From Actinomycetota bacterium (GTDB lineage Bacteria; Actinomycetota; Acidimicrobiia; Spongiisociales; ZC4RG35): a stretch of DNA of 56,876 nt. A model generated the notes under the pieces. That model saw only the letters and a program-made list of their open reading frames with translations. It was not told where the DNA came from and searched no databases. Below, piece by piece: positions 38,970 to 48,151 of the stretch. Position numbers and translations under genes: made by a program. The stretch lies in contig JAYEGJ010000130.1 of NCBI GenBank assembly GCA_034658975.1, positions 1 through 56,876 of the forward strand, written 5' to 3'. How positions within the stretch are numbered: position 1 is the stretch's first letter; every line of letters begins with the position of its first letter.

Positions 38970-39779
38970 ATGAAGCTCAGTCCCATCCTCATCAACGGCG
39001 TCGTATCGGATGGCATGATCCCCGTGACCGACTCATCTGTCTTGCGCGGTGATGGGTGTTTTGAAGTGCTCAAGGCCTACGACGGGAAGCCCTTCGCCCT
39101 TGACGGTCATCTTGATCGGCTAGCGAAGAGCGCGGCTCGCCTGGACATCGAACTTCCCGACAAGGATGACATCGGCCGATGGATCTCCGACACGGCCCGC
39201 GGGCTCGGAGACTGTGCCTTACGAGTTGTCGTGACGCGCGGATCGAGTGTTGCCGGTGTGGAAGGTGAGTCTCTCGTCATCGTGTTCGGCCATGACTGGC
39301 CGGCCGACGCGAGTGCCGCTCGGCTGTTTCCTGTTGAGGTGCCGTGGCACGCGGCCGGTATCGAGTGGGACCTGGCCGGTGCCAAGATTCTGTCGTACGC
39401 GCCAAACCTCGCCGCGACGCGCCGGGCGACGAAGGAGGGTTTCGACGACGCCCTCATGATGACGGTCGACGGTCTGGTGCTCGAGGGCCCCACCTTCTCG
39501 GTTGGCTGGGTGATCGACGATGTTCTGGAGACACCCACTCTCGAGTTGGGGATCCTCGACTCGATTACCAGGAGCACCGTGCTCGAACTCGCCTCAGATT
39601 TGGGAATTGAGGTTGTCCAAGGGCGCTGGGGCCTCGATCGTGTCTCCTCGGCATCGGAGGTCATGGCCCTCTCGACCATTCGAGAGGTTCAGGTTGTGTC
39701 CGACATCGGCGACCTGACATTCGATCCGGGCCCTGTCACGGAGCGGCTGCGAAAAGCCTTTTTCGATCTCGTCGAGTGA
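38970..39779 (+). CDS. Class IV PLP aminotransferase / aminodeoxychorismate lyase-like
   Basis: RGDGCFE, HLDRL..SA, AKILSY, EGPTF, ILDSITR. Confidence 0.9.
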   Translation: MKLSPILINGVVSDGMIPVTDSSVLRGDGCFEVLKAYDGKPFALDGHLDRLAKSAARLDIELPDKDDIGRWISDTARGLGDCALRVVVTRGSSVAGVEGESLVIVFGHDWPADASAARLFPVEVPWHAAGIEWDLAGAKILSYAPNLAATRRATKEGFDDALMMTVDGLVLEGPTFSVGWVIDDVLETPTLELGILDSITRSTVLELASDLGIEVVQGRWGLDRVSSASEVMALSTIREVQVVSDIGDLTFDPGPVTERLRKAFFDLVE

Positions 39780-39790
39780 TGTCGATACCG

Positions 39791-39818
39791 GGAACTCCGC
39801 ACGCCGACATGGACGTTG
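39791..39818 (+). promoter_or_regulatory. ECF sigma-type promoter candidate
   Basis: GGAAC-N18-CGTTG, 7 nt before the lipoprotein ATG. Confidence 0.4.
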
Positions 39819-39825
39819 ACGTGTC

Positions 39826-40335
39826 ATGAAATCCAGATCTCTGCTCGTGCTCGTACTGGCTCTCGGTCTCGTTGCGGCTGCCTGTGATAGCAGTGAGGCA
39901 GAGTTGTCGACCACCTCCTCATTGGTCACGGGGACAACCGAGACTCCTGATCAGGGGACAACGACAACCGGCGCGCCGGCCTCCACGTCGACGACGCCCC
40001 TGGTCGGCGAGACGGTGACCAGCTATGAGGTCGTTGTCAGGATCGCAGGGGACAACGGCGAGATCCTCTACATCGTGGTCCCCGAAGGCGCTTACACCGA
40101 CGTCGACCTCGAGAACTTCATCGGAGACCTGAAAGAGGCCGACCCCGATCTGTGGGGGGCCGAGGTCTTCGATGACGAGGACGCCGTCGAAGCGTTCGTC
40201 ATCCCCGCGGATCAGAGGACCGACGAGCAGCAGCAGCTACTCGATGAACATCACTTCGTGAGCCTGATCGGTGGCGACACGATGAAATTCCAGGGCCCGT
40301 TCTCGGACTTCGGCGAGTTCATAATCGGGAGCTAG
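39826..40335 (+). CDS. Acidic lipoprotein with Thr-rich linker, unknown function
   Basis: MKSR + hydrophobic core + VAAAC lipobox. Confidence 0.78.
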   Translation: MKSRSLLVLVLALGLVAAACDSSEAELSTTSSLVTGTTETPDQGTTTTGAPASTSTTPLVGETVTSYEVVVRIAGDNGEILYIVVPEGAYTDVDLENFIGDLKEADPDLWGAEVFDDEDAVEAFVIPADQRTDEQQQLLDEHHFVSLIGGDTMKFQGPFSDFGEFIIGS

Positions 40336-40499
40336 TGGCCCGTCTTACAAATGATTGCCGGGTCTCTCCGGCCCTCGACGCCGCTCGCGGTGTCCTCCGC
40401 CTCGACGCACCTACAGGTGCGCCTTCGTTGTGCGTCCTTGCGAGGCGAACGCCGATGACTCGGAGACACCCTGACACCATTTGTGCGACAGACCACTAG
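40332..40499. mobile_element. MITE-like non-autonomous element flanked by CTAG
   Basis: CTAG at both ends; terminal inverted repeats 17/21 identical; nested inverted repeats and a central CGCACCT-AC-AGGTGCG hairpin; no transposase. Confidence 0.7.
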
Positions 40500-40509
40500 T
40501 GACGGACTC

Positions 40510-41064
40510 CTAGCCCACCCGTTCCACCGAGCCCCAGAACACGTCGCCGTAACGACAGGCGAGACCGTCCGGAGTGACGAAGATCTCGTGGTCGGCAGTT
40601 CCCGATTGGTAGCGCCAGTGGTCCTCGTCGAGACGGGTGTAGGTCTGTTCCGATGGCTCCCAGGTGAGCTCGGGAAATCGGAGCCAGGCAGCGCGAGTGG
40701 TGGCAGTGTCGCCCACATCCAGGTCGAGACGTCTCATCGGGAGGATGTTGGTAGCCGGGGTCCACCCGAGGTCGATGTCCTCGCAGCCTTCGAGGGCATC
40801 AACGATCGACCCGTTCACGGACCACGATCGGCCGTCGACAACGACACTCATCGAGCGTGAGCCGCCAGCGGAAGAAATCTCTACAGACGCTCGGCGTGTC
40901 ACCCACGCCTGGTTGGCGTCTACCTCATATCTGATCTCGACCGGGACGTCCTCGAGAGGGAGCATCGAGACACCCTTGAGGACATATCCGTCTGGACCGT
41001 CGGAAAGGCTGAAGTGTTCGGTGCTGGCCAACGATTGGCATTGCCATACAGCGTGAAGTCTCAT
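40510..41064 (-). CDS. Putative glycolipid-binding domain protein
   Basis: Y.V..D..W.TR, W.VNG, L.GC.DIDLG.TPATN.LPMRRL, Q.YTR, DG....YG..W. Confidence 0.85.
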   Translation of the reverse strand: MRLHAVWQCQSLASTEHFSLSDGPDGYVLKGVSMLPLEDVPVEIRYEVDANQAWVTRRASVEISSAGGSRSMSVVVDGRSWSVNGSIVDALEGCEDIDLGWTPATNILPMRRLDLDVGDTATTRAAWLRFPELTWEPSEQTYTRLDEDHWRYQSGTADHEIFVTPDGLACRYGDVFWGSVERVG

Positions 41065-41071
41065 CCAGTCC

Positions 41072-42475
41072 CTACAACAGTAGGGCGGCCACCAGCAGGA
41101 ATCCGCCGAACCCGACAACATCGGTGATCAGCGTCAGGAAGATCGCTGACGCCATTGCCGGATCCTGGCCGAGCTTTCGCAACAGCACCGGTATCCCGGC
41201 GCCTGCAACCGCCGCGATGACGAGGTTGGCGAAAGCGGCAACTCCGACGATTAGCGCGACCGTAAGTGGATCCGACCCGCTTCGAAAAATCGCCGTGGAC
41301 AACAGGGCAAAGGTCATGATTCCGGACATCACCGCGAGGAGCACTCCGTTGAGCACTCCCACCCCCGCCTGCCGACCGAGGATTGCCGGGACCTGGGCTC
41401 CCGGTACGTCGTCGGAGGCAAGGGACCTGATCATCACGGCGAGGCTCTGGTTCCCGCCGTTGCCGCCGAGGAGGGCGATCACGGGCATGAGAGCGGCCAG
41501 AATCGGCTCGTCGCTGATGATTCCGGTTTGCTGTTCGATGACGAAAGCCACCACGAGGGCGAGGAACAGGTTGAGCACCAGCCAGGGGGCGCGCATCTTG
41601 AACGACTCGGTGACGTCGGAGTAGACCGTCTCCTCCACGCCGGCACCGACGGCAGCAGCGAAATCCTCGGTGGCCTCGTCGTGGATCGCCTCGATCACGG
41701 CGTCGTTGGCGACCATCCCCCGGAGGCGTCCGTCGGTGTCGGTGACAGGCACACCAAGGATGTGGTAGCGCTGACAAAGCTCGGCAACGATCTCGCGGTC
41801 GGTGAAGGCGGTTACCGCCACGGGGTCGGCGATCATCACGTCGGCAAGCGGCGCTCCCGGTCGGCTGAACACGAGTTCCCTGAAGGAGATAACGCCGACC
41901 AGTTTGCGCTCGTCGTCGATGACGTAGACATAGGAGAGGCTTTCGTACTCGTCGTGAAGTTGACGAAGCCTCTCTGTTGCCTCGCCGGTGGTCAAGCCAA
42001 GGGGCAGGGCAGCGATCTCGGTGGTCATGAGACCACCCGCGCTGTCGGAGGGGTACACGAGGAGGTCTCTGACCTCTTGCTCGGCCGCATCCGTCATCTC
42101 GGCGAACAGGTCTTCTTTGAGTTTCTCGTCGAACTCGTCGATGAGGTCGGCAGCGGCTTCGCCGGGCATCTCGTTCAGCGCGGCAGCCAGGCTCGTAAGA
42201 GGCACGTCCTCCACCAGTTCGGCAGCTAGCTCGGGTGCGATCTCCTCGAGGACCTCTGCGGCGTCATCGGAGTCGAGTTCCTGAAGGAGGTGGGCCGCGT
42301 CTTCTTCTTCGAGCTGCTCTAGAACGTCCGCCGCGTCGTGCGGGGAAGTCTCCGCCAGCGCCTCCCACTCTTCGGGGTTGGCCTCGAGGTAGTCGGCGAC
42401 TTCCTCCGGCTCGCGTCGGGCGGCAGTTCGTAGTGTTCTGGCGAGTTGTCGCGGACTTCTGAGTCGGAGTCTCAC
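41072..42475 (-). CDS. mgtE: Magnesium transporter MgtE
   Basis: Acidic N-domain, SAGGLMT CBS pair, R.PWL, GGN.GNQ, DPA.AS..FLT..TDV.G. Confidence 0.93.
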   Translation of the reverse strand: MRLRLRSPRQLARTLRTAARREPEEVADYLEANPEEWEALAETSPHDAADVLEQLEEEDAAHLLQELDSDDAAEVLEEIAPELAAELVEDVPLTSLAAALNEMPGEAAADLIDEFDEKLKEDLFAEMTDAAEQEVRDLLVYPSDSAGGLMTTEIAALPLGLTTGEATERLRQLHDEYESLSYVYVIDDERKLVGVISFRELVFSRPGAPLADVMIADPVAVTAFTDREIVAELCQRYHILGVPVTDTDGRLRGMVANDAVIEAIHDEATEDFAAAVGAGVEETVYSDVTESFKMRAPWLVLNLFLALVVAFVIEQQTGIISDEPILAALMPVIALLGGNGGNQSLAVMIRSLASDDVPGAQVPAILGRQAGVGVLNGVLLAVMSGIMTFALLSTAIFRSGSDPLTVALIVGVAAFANLVIAAVAGAGIPVLLRKLGQDPAMASAIFLTLITDVVGFGGFLLVAALLL

Positions 42476-42521
42476 TGTGGCCCCCGGGACTGATGAACCG
42501 GCGACAGGCTACAGCGTTCGA

Positions 42522-42998
42522 TCAGTTCTCGAACAGCCTGATCGCAGTGACCTTCACTGTGAAGGTTCCGGCCGGTGCCTCGTAGGAGACGTCGTCCCCG
42601 ACTTCGGCACCGATCAGGGCGCCTCCGAGGGGAGAGGTGGGCGAGGCGAGAAGAAGGCCTGGCACCTTGTTTTCCTGGGGGGCGACGAAGTACTCCATCT
42701 CGTCTCCATCGGAGTCGACCACGGTGGCGACGGTGCCCACTTCCACCTTGCCGGTGTCCTGCACCTCGCGCACCTCGGAGATGTGAATGAGGTGGTCCAG
42801 CTTGCGAATTCGGGCCTCCATGAGGCCTTGATCGTTCTTGGCGGCGTCGTAATCGGCGTTCTCGCGCAGGTCGCCGTGGGAGCGCGCCTCGGCGATGCGC
42901 TCCTCGATCTCCTTACGCCCCTCGGTAGTTAGGTGCTCGAGCTCATTCTCGAGCTTTTCGAGAGCGGCCGGGGTCAGGAAATTGGGCTCGTCAGACAT
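42522..42998 (-). CDS. greA: Transcription elongation factor GreA
   Basis: EARSHGDLRENADYDAAK..Q...EARI, SP.SPLG.ALIG. Confidence 0.95.
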   Translation of the reverse strand: MSDEPNFLTPAALEKLENELEHLTTEGRKEIEERIAEARSHGDLRENADYDAAKNDQGLMEARIRKLDHLIHISEVREVQDTGKVEVGTVATVVDSDGDEMEYFVAPQENKVPGLLLASPTSPLGGALIGAEVGDDVSYEAPAGTFTVKVTAIRLFEN

Positions 42999-43042
42999 GG
43001 AACGGGAGAGCGTACAGGGTCGTGTGCGATAGCCTCGGCGGC

Positions 43043-44065
43043 GTGAACGATCTTCGACTCACCAAGTACAGCCACGGGTCTGGCTGAGCCTGCAAGCTCG
43101 GCCCCGTCGAGCTGGCTCAGGTTCTGAGTCCCGTACAAGGCCACACTGCCGCCACTCACCCTGACCTCCTGGTCGGGATCGAGACAGGCGACGACGCCGG
43201 CGTCTTCTCGCTGGGAAACGGTCGCGCCCTTGTGCAGACCGTGGACATCTTCACGCCGGTCGTCGACTCCCCCCGGGACTGGGGACGGATCGCAGCAGCC
43301 AACGCGTTGAGCGACATCTATGCGATGGGTGCTACGCCGCTGACCGCGCTCCAGTACCTCGCCTGGCCACGCGATGAGCTGCCATTCGACGTGGCGAGCG
43401 TGGTAATCGAGGGAGGTATGGACGTGATGGCCGAGGCGGGATGCACCGTCGTCGGTGGACATTCCATCGACTCGCCCGAGCCGACCTACGGATTCGCTGT
43501 CACCGGCACCGTTGACGAGGACCGGCTGGTCTCGAACAGCGGTGGCAGGCCGGACGACGTCCTCGTGCTCACCAAGCCGCTGGGTATCGGGATCATCACG
43601 ACGGCGATCAAGCGCGGCATCTGCCCATCCGAAGTGGAAGCGGCGGCGGTGGCCCAGATGACCGATCTCAACGCGAGCGCCGGTGCTGCTCTCCATGCCA
43701 ACGACGCCAAAGCGGCCACCGACATCACCGGGTTCGGCCTGCTGGGGCATCTCAAGGAGCTCTGTGATGCCTCCGGCGTTGGCGCGGAGATCTCATTCGA
43801 CTCGGTGCCCGTGCTCGATGGTGCCGTCGAACTTCTCGCCCAAGGCGCCTGGGCCGGAGGGAGCAAGAGGAACCTCGCGGCGATTAGGGAGCACGTCGCA
43901 ACGGATCGAAGCGAAGACGAGATCCGGCTTCTCGCCGACGCGCAAACCTCGGGTGGTCTGCTGGTCGCGTTGCCTGCAGACAGAGTGCAGGATTACCAAT
44001 CGGAGGTTCCCGATTCGGCAGTAGTCGGCCGCCTCACTGGAGACATGAATCTGAGGGTCCAATAG
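43043..44065 (+). CDS. selD: Selenide, water dikinase (selenophosphate synthetase), selenocysteine-containing; in-frame TGA at 43085-43087
   Basis: GTG 43043 reads (M)NDLRLTKYSHGSG-TGA-ACKLGP...GDDAGV...VQTVDIFTPVVD in frame with the 43232 ORF; ANALSDIYAMG, GGHS, LTKPLG, TDITGFGLLGH, QTSGGLL. Confidence 0.93.
43085..43122 (+). promoter_or_regulatory. Bacterial SECIS-like hairpin immediately 3' of the selD UGA
   Basis: AGCTCG(43095-43100)-GCCCCGT-CGAGCT(43108-43113) stem-loop, extendable by CCTG/CAGG or CTGAGCC/GGCTCAG pairing. Confidence 0.65.
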
Positions 44066-44487
44066 TGAAGCCGGATCAGCGCCTCGAAGACATCGCCCAA
44101 GCCCTCTCGATCCCAACGGCGCAGCGTCATATCTTCCTCTGTGCCGACCAGACCAACCCGCGTTGTGCACCCGTCGAGGAAACAAAGGAACTCTGGCGTC
44201 ATCTCAAGTCGCGGCTCAAGGAACTCGGTATCACATCGGCGCCGCCCCATTGGCAGGGCGACATGGCAGTCGATCCCGATCCGGAGCCACCCGGCGGGGG
44301 GACCGTCCTGCGTTCGAAGGTGGATTGCCTTCGCATCTGCGAGCAGGGATCGATCGCCGTCGTCTACCCGGAAGGCACCTGGTATGCCGGTTTGGATAAG
44401 GAGAAGCTGGACAGGATCATTGATGAGCACCTTGTCGGCGGGACACCCGTCGAGGAGTTGAGTTTCGTGATAGGAGACCTCGGATGA
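44065..44487 (+). CDS. Thioredoxin-like [2Fe-2S] ferredoxin
   Basis: HIFLCADQT.PRC ... CLRICEQG.IAVVYPEGTWY ... II.EHL.GG.PV. Confidence 0.9.
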   Translation: MKPDQRLEDIAQALSIPTAQRHIFLCADQTNPRCAPVEETKELWRHLKSRLKELGITSAPPHWQGDMAVDPDPEPPGGGTVLRSKVDCLRICEQGSIAVVYPEGTWYAGLDKEKLDRIIDEHLVGGTPVEELSFVIGDLG

Positions 44488-45386
44488 TGAAGCTGCTGCG
44501 CTGGTTGTTCGGCGGATGGGTTGTATGGCGCCTTTTCGGCCCCATTGTCGAACCGAGGTTCAAGCCTCCCCAAGAGCATCCGTGGAGGCTCACCGGCCGC
44601 ACCGTGTTCGTCGGAGACGAGGAGTTCATGGTGCGCCAGGCCGGCGCCGGAGAACACAATCCGATTCTCCTGATTCATGGGCTGGCCGGCTCGTCGCTCG
44701 GGGAGTGGTATCAGATCGGCCAGAAGTTGGCGACCGACCGCCGGGTGATCATGATTGATCACCGAAATCATGGGATGGCGCCACAGGCCACCGACCGATA
44801 CGAAATCGAGGACGTTGCCGACGATCTGGCGTCCGTGCTCGACGTCCTCGACATGGGTGCGGTTGACGTCGTCGGATACTCGATGGGTGGTGCCATCGCT
44901 CAGGCGCTGGTGCATCGGCATCCCGGCCGCGTGTCCCGTCTTGCCCTGATTTCAACCTTTGCCGCACATCCCGATGAGATGAGATGGATACGTCAGGTAG
45001 GAGCGTTCATCACCCGTGCGTGGGAGCGGTTCACCGGGCTTGGCACGCCGGAGGCGAGGACCGGTTACTTGCTGGCGACCGGGGCCGTGAAGCCGGAGCA
45101 CGGCCGATGGCTGTGGCATGAGACACACCGGCGTGACCCCAACGCCGGGACGCAGGCGACCCTGGCGTTGCTCCGTTTCGATTCGCGGCCGTGGGTTGGC
45201 CGCATGGGTGTCGAGACCATGGTCGTGGTCTCGGGCAAGGACCTTTTGGTCCCTCCTCCATGGCAGTACGAACTGGCAGGCTTGATCCCTGACGCCAAGA
45301 TCGTCGAGATTCCCGATGCCCGCCACGAAGTGGTCTGGAGCCATCCCGATCGGATTCTCGACGAGTTGAACGCCTTCTTTGATTAG
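44484..45386 (+). CDS. Alpha/beta hydrolase
   Basis: LIHG, DHRNHG, GYSMGG nucleophile elbow, D (KDLLVP), H (ARHE). Confidence 0.9.
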   Translation: MMKLLRWLFGGWVVWRLFGPIVEPRFKPPQEHPWRLTGRTVFVGDEEFMVRQAGAGEHNPILLIHGLAGSSLGEWYQIGQKLATDRRVIMIDHRNHGMAPQATDRYEIEDVADDLASVLDVLDMGAVDVVGYSMGGAIAQALVHRHPGRVSRLALISTFAAHPDEMRWIRQVGAFITRAWERFTGLGTPEARTGYLLATGAVKPEHGRWLWHETHRRDPNAGTQATLALLRFDSRPWVGRMGVETMVVVSGKDLLVPPPWQYELAGLIPDAKIVEIPDARHEVVWSHPDRILDELNAFFD

Positions 45387-45396
45387 GAGTGTGCTC

Positions 45397-47907
45397 CTAG
45401 TTCCCGGGCACCAGCGTCAGTGTTGATGACGCATTGAGCGCTACCTGTTCCGGTGTCCAGTACATCGGCGCATGCACCCCGTCGGTCCATGCTTCGATCA
45501 TGTTGTCGTAGTAGCGGTGGAAGGCGTGCCCCGAGTTGCCCGTCGTGTGGATGAACGTCGAGTTCGACAGGTCGGAGAGGTCGACGACCATCCTTTGGGA
45601 CGGCACCCAGTCGACGAGGAATGACTTGTCGGCATCCCAACCGCTGGCGTTGACGATGGACGGGCCACCGCCGACCCTGGCGGGGGCAGTGCGGTTGAAC
45701 AGCCACTCGATGGGAGCGATGCCCGACTGTCCGAGGGTCTGATTCTCAAAGTGGGCGATATGGAGTTCGCCCCAGGTCCAATCGGTCGGATTGTCTCCGA
45801 GGAGGTCGGCCAACTCGTCGTGGGCATCCACCATCGACTTGAACAGGATGTCGTCCCGTTCTTCGACTACCTCGGGCGTGGTCGTGTCATCCCACCAGGG
45901 GTCATCAGGTGATTCGAGGAGGTTCTTGACGACCTCGAACCAGCGGCTGCCGCCGACCGGCCATTGATCTTCGGGCAGCTCGTCGGTGAATGTGTTCAGC
46001 AGAACGTGTCGCCAGGTTGCCTGGTACACCGCGGCGACGGTCGAGTCTCCGCTGGCCTGGTACTCCTCACTCTCGCCTTGCCAGGCACTCAACAAAGATT
46101 GCATCTCTGCGACATCGGAATGGTTGGCGTCGGGCACTTCGAGAAGGAAGGGGACGAGATTGGCCGCACTGCCATCGCGGCTGTCGAATTGGAGATCCTG
46201 CGTGGACTCGACGGTGTGGGTCCCACCGTTTTCGATGAGTGTTTCGATCCGATCGGCCCGATATCCATGGGCCCCATCGAGACCGATCAACGGCTCGCTT
46301 CCGGCCGGCAGGATCGGCTGGTTGGCCGTGGCGATGTAGTCCTGGGGTGGGTTGAAGAGGAACGGCATCTCCTCGTAGGGGACGATGCCGATCCAGTCGT
46401 ATTCAGAGGTCCAACCGGGTACCGGGACCAGCCCGTCACCTTTGGCACGGATCGGGATCTCCCCGGTCGACTGATAGGCGATGTTGCCCTCGATGTCCGC
46501 ATAGACGACGTTCTGGGCGGCGATGTCCCACAGGTTGAGTGCAGCCTTGAACTCGTCGTAATTCGCCGCCTTGTCGAGTCCGATGACGGCTTCGAAGATG
46601 GTTGCCGGCTGGAGGCTCTGCCATGCAAGGGCAACCACGTACTCCTCAGGGACTTCGACGGTGGTTGAGCGATCGAACTCGTCATCCTCGAGGAATGTGC
46701 CCGAGATGACGGGCCCGTGACGTGTCGTGCGCACTTCGTATTGGATGTCGTCGCCTCCGGCGACCCGGATAGTCTCGGTCCGGGTCTCGAAGTCGACCGA
46801 TGTCCCGTCCACCTCGTACTGGTTGGGATTGGCCGGGTTGACCTTCTCGATGTACAGATCCTGAGTGTCCGCCGCCTCAGTGGTCACCCCCCAAGCGATG
46901 TTCTCGTTGTGGCCGATGATCACGCCGGGGGCGCCCGGGAACATGTATCCCACCACCTGGTAGACGCAATCGGGGTCGTTCCCGACGCAGTGGAGACCAT
47001 TCTCAAACCAGATCGAAGGCATCTGGGGGCTGAGGTGGGTGTCGTTCGCCAGCAAGGGAAGGCCCGACTCGGTCAACGAGCCGCCGACAACCCAGTTGTT
47101 CGACCCGATGCCCTCGAAACCGCCGCCGGTGACGGCCCACAGATTCTCCGCCGCCTTACCGGCCGAGACGAGCGCCGGGATGGCCTCGCTCGGGATCCCA
47201 GCCGTTGGGGTTACGGCAGCCGTCGTCTGGTCGTCGGGAACGATGACCGGGTGCTCTTCGGGGAACGTGGGGAACAGTTGGCCGACCCGATCGATCGGAA
47301 GCTCGATGCCGAGGACGGCCCGGGCGATCTCGGACCTCATGTTCCCGCTCAGGTCCCAGGACATCATCTTGGCCCAGGTGAGGGTGTTGGTCGGCGACCA
47401 TGGTTCTATCTCATAACTGGAGTTCTGGAGCGAGAGGACGGCGTACTCCAGACTGACCTGGGCGCCGTCGTGCTCGGCCAGGTATGCGTTCACGCCGTCG
47501 GCGTACCACTCGAGAATTTCCCTGGTCTCGGCGGGCATGATGTCGAGTTCGTGTTCGGCTTGCGCGACCAACCCCAGTGAGCGGAGGAACTTGTCGGTGT
47601 CGACCTGGGAAGAGCCGAACATCTCGGCGAGACGTCCTGAGCCGATGTGACGCCAGAAGTCCATCTGCCAGAAGCGCTCCTGGGCATGGGTGTATCCCTG
47701 GGCGAAGAACAGGTCGTGGGGGTTGGATGCGTAGATGTGGGAGGCACCCCAGTCGTCACGGATGACTTCGACTACATCGTTGAGCCCGGCCACCTCCAGT
47801 TCACCCTGGACGGTGGGGAAGGATCGGCGGACGGTCCAGAACCCGAAGACACCGACGGCGACGATGAGCACGAGTAGGACGGCGAGGATTCTCTTCAGCC
47901 AACGCAT
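45397..47907 (-). CDS. Penicillin acylase family (S45 Ntn-hydrolase), N-terminally anchored or secreted
   Basis: RD.WG..HIYA, AQGY.HAQERFWQMD, GSNNWVV, LAND.HL, TRHGP, ATAN. Confidence 0.94.
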   Translation of the reverse strand: MRWLKRILAVLLVLIVAVGVFGFWTVRRSFPTVQGELEVAGLNDVVEVIRDDWGASHIYASNPHDLFFAQGYTHAQERFWQMDFWRHIGSGRLAEMFGSSQVDTDKFLRSLGLVAQAEHELDIMPAETREILEWYADGVNAYLAEHDGAQVSLEYAVLSLQNSSYEIEPWSPTNTLTWAKMMSWDLSGNMRSEIARAVLGIELPIDRVGQLFPTFPEEHPVIVPDDQTTAAVTPTAGIPSEAIPALVSAGKAAENLWAVTGGGFEGIGSNNWVVGGSLTESGLPLLANDTHLSPQMPSIWFENGLHCVGNDPDCVYQVVGYMFPGAPGVIIGHNENIAWGVTTEAADTQDLYIEKVNPANPNQYEVDGTSVDFETRTETIRVAGGDDIQYEVRTTRHGPVISGTFLEDDEFDRSTTVEVPEEYVVALAWQSLQPATIFEAVIGLDKAANYDEFKAALNLWDIAAQNVVYADIEGNIAYQSTGEIPIRAKGDGLVPVPGWTSEYDWIGIVPYEEMPFLFNPPQDYIATANQPILPAGSEPLIGLDGAHGYRADRIETLIENGGTHTVESTQDLQFDSRDGSAANLVPFLLEVPDANHSDVAEMQSLLSAWQGESEEYQASGDSTVAAVYQATWRHVLLNTFTDELPEDQWPVGGSRWFEVVKNLLESPDDPWWDDTTTPEVVEERDDILFKSMVDAHDELADLLGDNPTDWTWGELHIAHFENQTLGQSGIAPIEWLFNRTAPARVGGGPSIVNASGWDADKSFLVDWVPSQRMVVDLSDLSNSTFIHTTGNSGHAFHRYYDNMIEAWTDGVHAPMYWTPEQVALNASSTLTLVPGN

Positions 47908-47964
47908 GCTGCGGCGAGCCTAAGTAGTCGTGGGTGTGATGAGAAAAGCGGGGACTGTCCTCGG

Positions 47965-48073
47965 TTCTGCCGGGCCGACAACCCTGCTCAGCAGGTCTAA
48001 TGGCCCGCTAGATCCGTGTGCATTTCTGCCGGGCCGACAACCCTGCTCAGCAGGTCTGATGGCCCGCTAGATC
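47965..48073. repeat. Tandem pair of 50-bp palindromic units (47965-48014, 48024-48073)
   Basis: TTCTGCCGGGCCGACAACCCTGCTCAGCAGGTCTRATGGCCCGCTAGATC twice, 1 mismatch, 9-bp spacer; CGGGCC/GGCCCG and CCTGC/GCAGG stems. Confidence 0.92.
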
Positions 48074-48151
48074 TGCGTCGCCGTGGAGCCAGCCCACCCG
48101 GAAGGGCCCGACACCGGTCGGAGGGCTTCGTGGTCGCCTACCGTTGAGACA

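Noticed and set aside
43043-44065. selD as a nonsense pseudogene or starting at 43232
   Set aside because: The TGA falls exactly on the catalytic Cys/Sec position, is followed by a hairpin, and the rest of the gene is intact.
47965-48073. Possible CRISPR mini-array
   Set aside because: Only two 50-bp units with a 9-bp spacer and no cas genes; the geometry is incompatible with CRISPR.
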